Shown here in pieces: positions 16,301-22,894 of a stretch of 27,008 bases of DNA. Below the pieces are notes generated by a model. It worked only from the letters and a program-made list of their open reading frames with translations, had not been told where the DNA came from and did not search any database. Position 1 is the stretch's first letter. Each line of letters starts with the position of its first letter. The DNA comes from Gemmatimonadota bacterium (GTDB taxonomy: Bacteria; Latescibacterota; UBA2968; UBA8231), in NCBI GenBank assembly GCA_038128265.1, contig JAYPJE010000038.1:1-27008 (forward strand), given 5' to 3'. The position numbers were made by a program, and so were the translations under genes.

Positions 16301-18319
16301 ATGCAATCCTATTTTCGCCTGCGCGCACTTGCTATCGGACTCACGGCGTCAGCAATGCTCTTTTCGCCCAGGATCAGCCACGCGCAGATCGATGTATGGC
16401 ACATCGGCAAAGGCGGGCTCTCTTGGTCATCGCAGGCGGAAACGCAGATCGGCGCACTCGATGTGGATGGCGCGCTGCAGCCACTCGAACTGGTCGAAAG
16501 CGAAAGCTTGGTCGAGCTGCTGAACGCTTCGGGGCAGCGCTTCCTCAACGGACAGCCGCTCGACTTCACCCAGGGCGGTCAGCCGCGGGCCTGGTCAAAC
16601 GACGGTTTTTTCAACCAGCTCAACGGGCCGCTCGACCTGATTGACGGCGACCCCGAGACGTCTTCAAAAAGCGTATTCAAGTCGGCCCAAAGCCAGGCCG
16701 GCGCAGCGTTCTTCTGGGATTTGGGTGCCCCCTTCCCCATCAATCGCATACGCTTTTATCCCGAGCCCAATGACCCCGATGCCTTTATCAAGGCATTCGA
16801 GCTACAGGTTAACGACGGCGAGACATTCAACAATATAAACCGCCCCGAATACGAGCTGCTGCGCCGCGTCGAAGTGAATAGGCAACAGGTCGTCGATATT
16901 CAATTCGCCCCACTGCAGGGACGTTTTCTGCAGCTCCTCGTCCTATCGAAGACGACGTTCAATATTGCCGAATTTGAAATTTACGGGCAGGGTTTCGTGC
17001 CCATTGCCAGCTATGAGTCTTCGCTGCATTCGTTTGGGTCGGCCGTCAATTACGGCCTGCTACGCATGCATACAACCCGCCTGACTAGCGCACTGGGCGA
17101 TCCGGCTACTGCGCCCACAGCGACAATCCAAATGCGCACGGGTGCAGACGATACGCCGCTTGCGTACTTTCGCCGCGATCGCAACACCGGCTCTCAGGAA
17201 GAAGTGTCTTTTGCCGAGTACAACAACGACCTGCCGCGGCGCGCCCTATACCGACAGGATCCCACAACCGGGGAACTGCTAGAGGAAATAGACCGCGCAC
17301 CGTACCTCGACTTACCCGTCGAAGAGCAGGGCCCCGTTCGCGACTTTGTCAAAGGCGATATCCGCGCTGACGTAGAGAACTGGAGTTCTTGGTCTCCGGG
17401 CATCGAGATCAATTCAACGGGGCTGCTAGAAATCCCCATCGAACTGCCCAGCCCACGCCAGTACATGCAGTTTCGCGTATTTTTTAACGGCGACGCGGAA
17501 AATGCCATGCGCATCGATACGCTGCAGGTGCAGTTTTCGCCGAGCCTGGTAAGTAGTGCCATCGGCGAGATTGCACTCGCATCGAACCCGCAGCCAGCCA
17601 GCGGCGTGTTGGAAGTGGCCAGCGGTGTCGACACGACCTTCGTCTACGATGTGCGCACGGAGTTTGCCAGTGCCGACCTGGCCGGCTATCGAGGCATTCG
17701 CATCGAGGCATTCCCACCGCCCACTTTTTCTGACCTGCAGGCTGGCGATCCGCTCACCTCGATTGCCGACGTTAATGTCGTGCCGCGAGAACGGGGTTTT
17801 GACGTGCTCTTCCCCCCCGTCAGCAGCGACAACAACCAGCCCGTGCGCGTCGTGTTTGACATGCGGTTATTGGAGCACAACACGCCTATCAACGCCTGGC
17901 TATTGGGCGGCGACGGCGTGCCTCCACATCCAATTGCTCCGGGCAATGCCAGCGATGCCATTGGCACCGGCGTTATGAACGCCTTCGCCACGCAGTCTGA
18001 GCCCGATATGCGCGTCGACCTGTCCACGCGCTTTATCACCCCCAACGGCGACGGAGTCAACGACTTCGTAGACATCGAGTTAATCCTCTCGCAGTTCTCG
18101 GCAAATATCGATGTTTCGATTGGCATTTACGATCTGAGCGGGCGTCTCGTGCGCAGTCTGTCTACGGCACCTCGCTCTTCCGGATCCTATGCGGACGCTT
18201 GGGATGGGCGCAATGCGGCAGGGCGTACGGTTCCACCGGGACTCTACTTTTGCAAGGTAGAAGTCGCCGCTGATTCCGAGACATTTGATAGCACTCAGCT
18301 GATAGGAGTAGCGCATTGA
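16301..18319 (+). CDS. Secreted protein, discoidin/F5-8-like domain plus C-terminal CHU_C/FlgD-Ig-like domain (paralog 1)
   Basis: Signal peptide SHA|Q. LIDGD..WDLG..INRIRFYP..IAEFEIYG. C-terminus FITPNGDGVND..IYDLSGRLV..WDGRNAAGRTVPPGLY. Confidence 0.85.
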   Translation: MQSYFRLRALAIGLTASAMLFSPRISHAQIDVWHIGKGGLSWSSQAETQIGALDVDGALQPLELVESESLVELLNASGQRFLNGQPLDFTQGGQPRAWSNDGFFNQLNGPLDLIDGDPETSSKSVFKSAQSQAGAAFFWDLGAPFPINRIRFYPEPNDPDAFIKAFELQVNDGETFNNINRPEYELLRRVEVNRQQVVDIQFAPLQGRFLQLLVLSKTTFNIAEFEIYGQGFVPIASYESSLHSFGSAVNYGLLRMHTTRLTSALGDPATAPTATIQMRTGADDTPLAYFRRDRNTGSQEEVSFAEYNNDLPRRALYRQDPTTGELLEEIDRAPYLDLPVEEQGPVRDFVKGDIRADVENWSSWSPGIEINSTGLLEIPIELPSPRQYMQFRVFFNGDAENAMRIDTLQVQFSPSLVSSAIGEIALASNPQPASGVLEVASGVDTTFVYDVRTEFASADLAGYRGIRIEAFPPPTFSDLQAGDPLTSIADVNVVPRERGFDVLFPPVSSDNNQPVRVVFDMRLLEHNTPINAWLLGGDGVPPHPIAPGNASDAIGTGVMNAFATQSEPDMRVDLSTRFITPNGDGVNDFVDIELILSQFSANIDVSIGIYDLSGRLVRSLSTAPRSSGSYADAWDGRNAAGRTVPPGLYFCKVEVAADSETFDSTQLIGVAH

Positions 18320-20388
18320 GTGGCGCGATGCAAATAGTTAAAACCACGGCCCTCGGCCTAGTGCTCCTAGCGCTCTCAAGCCTGCCTGTCGACGCACAGA
18401 CGACCTGGGTGATTGGCGGCCCTAACGGCCAACCGTGGGCCGAGCTGGCCGAACGCTGGATCGCCCTCGACGACACGTCCAACGCCGGCTCCATTCAGCC
18501 GCAAGAGGTCCCGCGTGGCCACACGCTCACGCGCCAGCTGCTGCGCACGGGTATCGCTACTACGCAGCGCAACGTCTTTGGCTATCGCTGGAGTCTGCAC
18601 AAAGGTCCGCGACAAATCGAGGCCGATACGCTCGAAGTGGGTTGGCACCCGCGCCTGTGGCCGGGCGGTGGCACCAACGCCCTCGCTCCGGAAGTGTATC
18701 GCGGGCTGATCGACGGCGACGAATTGACGGCAGCATACCGGCACAACGCGCGTTTTGACGGACGTCCCAACAGCGTCAATTTTATCACGATCGACCTCGG
18801 CGTGCCCGTTCCCGTCGACAGCATCGTCTTTTTTCCCCCACAAACGGGGTTGACCAGCGACAACCAACGACAGGGCGATCTCTTTGCGCGCGCCTATGAA
18901 GTGAGCCGAACAAACGTGCCCGTCGAATGGCTGATCTTTGAAGACGAAAATACGTCGACGGGTTCCGTCGGTTACCACCCGCTCGACGAAGTCCTCGGCA
19001 GCACCTTCGCCAACAACACCAGTGTCGTATCGCTCACGCCCGAACTCGCTTTTACGCGGTTTCTGCGCTTCAAGTTTGGCGAGACGACGATCACGACGCT
19101 GCTGGCCGAAATTCAAGTCTTCGGACGCGGTTATCCACAGGAAGCGCGCTACATTTCCGTGCCGCATTCTTTTGGCGAACCCGTCAGCCTCGGCCGCGTG
19201 CACTGGAGCTTTACCCGCTATCGTCAGGCCACTTCTGGTGCGATCTTTGCCGATCCCGACGCCCCCGTCCACCTCGAGCTGCAGACGCGCGCCGGTTTTG
19301 ACGGCGAACCCAAGACCTACTTCATATTTGACGATCTCGGTCGACCCAGCGAGGTCGACGAAGCGACCTACTTCAACTCACCGCGCGTCGTAGAGCGTTT
19401 TTCTGAAGGCATCACCGGTTTCAGAGCACTGCGCGGAGACGACACCGAAAACTGGAATACGTGGTCCGTTCCCTATCAGGCGTCGGGAGATGAAATTCGC
19501 TCTTCCGACGGTGCGCAGTATCTCCAGTTTCGCTTTAACATCCGCAGCGAAGATCCAATGGCCTTCGGCGTGCTCGACAGCGTTGCCTTTGAAATTTCCC
19601 CCCTCCTAGCCGACAGTGCGCTGGCCGAGATTTCCATCGACGACGTGCAGCTAGCCGCGCAAAGTAGGCTGGTCGAAGTGCCGCTGGGCATACCGCAGGC
19701 CTTCGCATATGATCTGCGCACCGTAGCGGGCGCGGGGCGCGTAGGCTATGACACCATCGAACTCGACGTGCCGGGCGCCGCCCAGTTTAGCGGTCTCGAG
19801 ATCGACGGACAACCCGCCGTCGAGGGAAGCGACTTCTCGCTGGAAAGCACCAATCGACAGTTCCGCATTCGCTTTCCACAGGCCATACGCGAGGACCGCT
19901 CACTCCGCCTGCGCTTTAACTCGGCCATTTTTCAGGCCTCGGTATTCCTCGAAGGACGCATACTCAACAGCTCAACTGATGTCGCCCTGCCCCAGTCAGT
20001 CGAGGCGGGTAATGCACGCACAGACGTGGCCAGCGACGGCGTGCAAATCGTCGCCAGCGATGTAGAAATCGACATCCTCAGCCGCATCGCGCTATCCTCA
20101 GGTGCTTTTACTCCCAACGGAGACGGAATCAACGACCGCGCGACCGTATCGTTTGACCTATTCAGCGTCAACGGAGGCGCCTTGCGCGTCACCACCTTTG
20201 ACCTGGCCGGGCGCCGCATCGCCAATCTACTAGAAGAAGGCGCCGTGGCAGGTCCCTACGCCGTTGCGTGGAACGGTCGCAACGATAGCGGACAGGCCGT
20301 TCCACCAGGCATCTATTTGGTGCGCGTTGAAGTCGAAGTGGACGGGGGCCTATTCAGCCAGATCGCCCATGTGGGCGTAGCCTATTAA
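18316..20388 (+). CDS. Secreted protein, discoidin-like plus CHU_C/FlgD-Ig-like domain (paralog 2)
   Basis: TTG start overlaps the upstream TGA (TTGA) with AGGAG 7 nt before it; alternative ATG at 18328. Signal peptide VDA|Q. LIDGD..IDLG..LAEIQVFG. FTPNGDGIND..FDLAGRRI..WNGRNDSGQAVPPGIY. Confidence 0.85.
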   Translation: MSGAMQIVKTTALGLVLLALSSLPVDAQTTWVIGGPNGQPWAELAERWIALDDTSNAGSIQPQEVPRGHTLTRQLLRTGIATTQRNVFGYRWSLHKGPRQIEADTLEVGWHPRLWPGGGTNALAPEVYRGLIDGDELTAAYRHNARFDGRPNSVNFITIDLGVPVPVDSIVFFPPQTGLTSDNQRQGDLFARAYEVSRTNVPVEWLIFEDENTSTGSVGYHPLDEVLGSTFANNTSVVSLTPELAFTRFLRFKFGETTITTLLAEIQVFGRGYPQEARYISVPHSFGEPVSLGRVHWSFTRYRQATSGAIFADPDAPVHLELQTRAGFDGEPKTYFIFDDLGRPSEVDEATYFNSPRVVERFSEGITGFRALRGDDTENWNTWSVPYQASGDEIRSSDGAQYLQFRFNIRSEDPMAFGVLDSVAFEISPLLADSALAEISIDDVQLAAQSRLVEVPLGIPQAFAYDLRTVAGAGRVGYDTIELDVPGAAQFSGLEIDGQPAVEGSDFSLESTNRQFRIRFPQAIREDRSLRLRFNSAIFQASVFLEGRILNSSTDVALPQSVEAGNARTDVASDGVQIVASDVEIDILSRIALSSGAFTPNGDGINDRATVSFDLFSVNGGALRVTTFDLAGRRIANLLEEGAVAGPYAVAWNGRNDSGQAVPPGIYLVRVEVEVDGGLFSQIAHVGVAY

Positions 20389-20407
20389 TGCGCGTCGGAG
20401 ATTGGAT

Positions 20408-22786
20408 ATGAAGACCATACTGCGACTGTTCATACTGCTATCCCTGCTGGGCGTCGGCGGCACCGGCCACGCCCAGGACATCGACTTTGCCGGCAGCGAC
20501 TTCGACACGTGGAGCTACCCGCGCGGACTGGTCAACATACAGCCGGACGGCATCGTAGTTAAGCGCTTTGAGAAAGAGTTTAATGCCGTCGCGAATGCCG
20601 GCGAATTCAGCGCCAGCGTCATCGGCGAATACGGGCAGCGCTTTGCACGCACTCCGTCCAATGCCAATTCGGGTCATCTGGTCGGTGATCAAGACACCGG
20701 CACGTGGTGGCAGCCCAGCGCCGATGACGAGGTGGAAAAGTGGTGGATCGAAATCGACTTGGGTCGTGCGGTGGTAGCCGAAAAGCTGCGCGTCATCTTT
20801 CCCGACCAGGATGGGGCGCGCCCCTTTAGCTTTTTCTCCGTCTATGTCAGTCCCGGCATCCCGGTATTCGGCGGCGCCTCCCAGCGCATCGTCTACAACC
20901 GTCTTGGGCGGCCTATCAATAACAACACGCGCAGCACCGTCGAGTTTGATCTCAAAACGACCGGGCTTTTTCCCGCGACGGGAGACTTTCTTGCCACCGA
21001 CGAAGAAGTCAGCTTTGATGTCGTCCGCTTTGTGCGCTTTGAGGCAGCCGGCAAAACGCCGGATGCCGCCCTGGCCGAAATCGAGGTCGATGGAGTCGGT
21101 TTTAACCTCTCGACACGAGTGCAAACAGAAGCGCGCATAGAAGATAACCTGCCCCACTGGGGAGGCCGCACCTGGACGTCCAAAGACCGCGACTGCGACG
21201 GCTGCGGCAAGGGCAGCGGCTCTGAAGCGCTCATCGACCAAGATCTCGGATTTCGCGGCTGGAATATCGAGGCATCCGACAAGGGCAACTGGCGCGATTC
21301 AGGCGTTTGGTCCGTCATCGACTTTGGCAATGTGTTCCGCGTCGACCGCATCGTCTGGATGCCCATCGTATCCGGCCAAGGTCCGTTTCTCTACGGCTAT
21401 CAGCGCGACAAGCAGGGCCTCTGGGGCAGCTTTGAGTTTCTGGCGTCGGACGGCACGCCGAGCAACCGCTCCGACCCCGTCGTCGAAGGCCCGTTTCTCT
21501 ACGAGCAGCTCTCGGCCGTCGACAACTCGAAGCGACGCTACCTATTCGACTTCCAATTTGCTCCGCGCGCGCTGCGCCTGCTGATGTGGCGGGTAATTCG
21601 CCCCGACCAGTTTCACCGCGCCGTGCAGCTCTTTGTTTTTCACAGCGAAGGCTACCCCGCTCAAATCGAGTTGGAATCGGATGATATTTTTCTGGGAGGA
21701 GCGCGCAGTATACGCTTTGTCGAATGGGATGCCGACTTGCCGACAGGCACTCGAGTTGAGATTGAAACGCAGACTGGCAACGGCTTCGACACCTTACAGC
21801 GCTATTTCTTAGCCAACGGCAAAGAAGTGACGAAAGACGCCTACGACGCAGCCAAATCGCGCAACCGTGGAGATATTGTCGAAGAGCGCGTTCGCGATGA
21901 TACGTGGAGCAGTTGGAGTCGACCGCAGCGATTTTCTGGCCAAGAGTTTCTCTCGCCGTCGCCGCGTCAGTGGCTGCGCGCCCGCGTGCGTCTGATCAGC
22001 GACGACCCCACGGCTTTTCCGAAGCTGCGCAGCATAAAGTTTGTCGCCAACTCGCCGGTTATTACGGCTGGTTTGATAGGGCGCATCGCACCGCGCGAAG
22101 CAGCGATAGATTCACTACAGACGTTTCGCTACACCATAAAACCCTTGGCCTTTGGCAGGAGCGATGCCGGCTTTGACCGCGTGCTCATCGACCTGCCGCC
22201 GGGCAGCGTTGACGCCGAATTTGTCGGCGCCAGCGTCGGCGGCAACGACGTCGACGCCAGCGCGGCGCTGCGCAGCGATTCGCTTATTGTCCAACTGCCA
22301 CCGCCCGTCGTGCGCGGCGACTCCGTGCAGATAACCTTTCGTGCGCGCGTTAGCGAAAGTCCGACCGAGTTCAATACGGCCGTTGCCAACTCCGATCAGC
22401 AAGAGAATTTCCAAGGCGTTGTTCCGGCTGAATACGGCGCCATTCAGGTCTTTGTTCCGGATGCGGTCGCCGGCGTTTCGCTGGTGCGCAAAGTGGACGA
22501 CTCGCAGTGGATCACGCCCAACGGAGACGGCGTCAACGACCGCTACGAGTTGAATTTCACGGTGGTTAAGACCGGCGTCGAACCGCAGGTGCGCGTGTTT
22601 ACGCTGGGCGGCGAGCTGGTCGCCGAGTTGACCGACATGAGCGCCGGAGGCAACCGTTCGCACTATGAATGGGACGGCGCGCGCGCGGGAAAAACCGTGC
22701 CACCTGGAATCTATATTGTGCGCATTGAGGTGGACGCGGACGCCCGCGATGAACAGCTCCACCGACTCGTCCGCGTCGCATACTAG
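20408..22786 (+). CDS. Secreted protein, two discoidin-like domains plus CHU_C/FlgD-Ig-like domain (paralog 3)
   Basis: ATG 20408 with GGAG 7 nt upstream. Signal peptide GHA|Q. WIEIDLG..LAEIEV and a second IDFGNVFRVDRIVW. WITPNGDGVND..WDG..GKTVPPGIY. Confidence 0.85.
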   Translation: MKTILRLFILLSLLGVGGTGHAQDIDFAGSDFDTWSYPRGLVNIQPDGIVVKRFEKEFNAVANAGEFSASVIGEYGQRFARTPSNANSGHLVGDQDTGTWWQPSADDEVEKWWIEIDLGRAVVAEKLRVIFPDQDGARPFSFFSVYVSPGIPVFGGASQRIVYNRLGRPINNNTRSTVEFDLKTTGLFPATGDFLATDEEVSFDVVRFVRFEAAGKTPDAALAEIEVDGVGFNLSTRVQTEARIEDNLPHWGGRTWTSKDRDCDGCGKGSGSEALIDQDLGFRGWNIEASDKGNWRDSGVWSVIDFGNVFRVDRIVWMPIVSGQGPFLYGYQRDKQGLWGSFEFLASDGTPSNRSDPVVEGPFLYEQLSAVDNSKRRYLFDFQFAPRALRLLMWRVIRPDQFHRAVQLFVFHSEGYPAQIELESDDIFLGGARSIRFVEWDADLPTGTRVEIETQTGNGFDTLQRYFLANGKEVTKDAYDAAKSRNRGDIVEERVRDDTWSSWSRPQRFSGQEFLSPSPRQWLRARVRLISDDPTAFPKLRSIKFVANSPVITAGLIGRIAPREAAIDSLQTFRYTIKPLAFGRSDAGFDRVLIDLPPGSVDAEFVGASVGGNDVDASAALRSDSLIVQLPPPVVRGDSVQITFRARVSESPTEFNTAVANSDQQENFQGVVPAEYGAIQVFVPDAVAGVSLVRKVDDSQWITPNGDGVNDRYELNFTVVKTGVEPQVRVFTLGGELVAELTDMSAGGNRSHYEWDGARAGKTVPPGIYIVRIEVDADARDEQLHRLVRVAY

Positions 22787-22810
22787 ACGCATTTATTAAC
22801 GCAGTGAACA

Positions 22811-22846
22811 CGGCGTCTCATCCATTATTTTAGGCAAGAGACGCCG
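22811..22846. other. Intergenic inverted repeat without a U-tract
   Basis: CGGCGTCTC-N18-GAGACGCCG between paralog 3 and the last gene of the cluster. Confidence 0.5.
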
Positions 22847-22894
22847 CCCATAAGCGAAAAGTAAAAAGTTAGTACTCATCCATGGGAGGGTGAT

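Noticed and set aside
18041..22543. Three near-identical ~25-nt repeats CCCAACGGxGACGGxxTCAACGAC
   Set aside because: They encode the conserved PNGDGxND motif of the paralogs and lie kilobases apart. Not CRISPR repeats or a DGR template, and there is no reverse transcriptase nearby.
18376..22792. Long minus-strand ORFs (18376-19272, 20438-21241, 22115-22792)
   Set aside because: Antisense shadows of the paralog genes with no independent coding signals.
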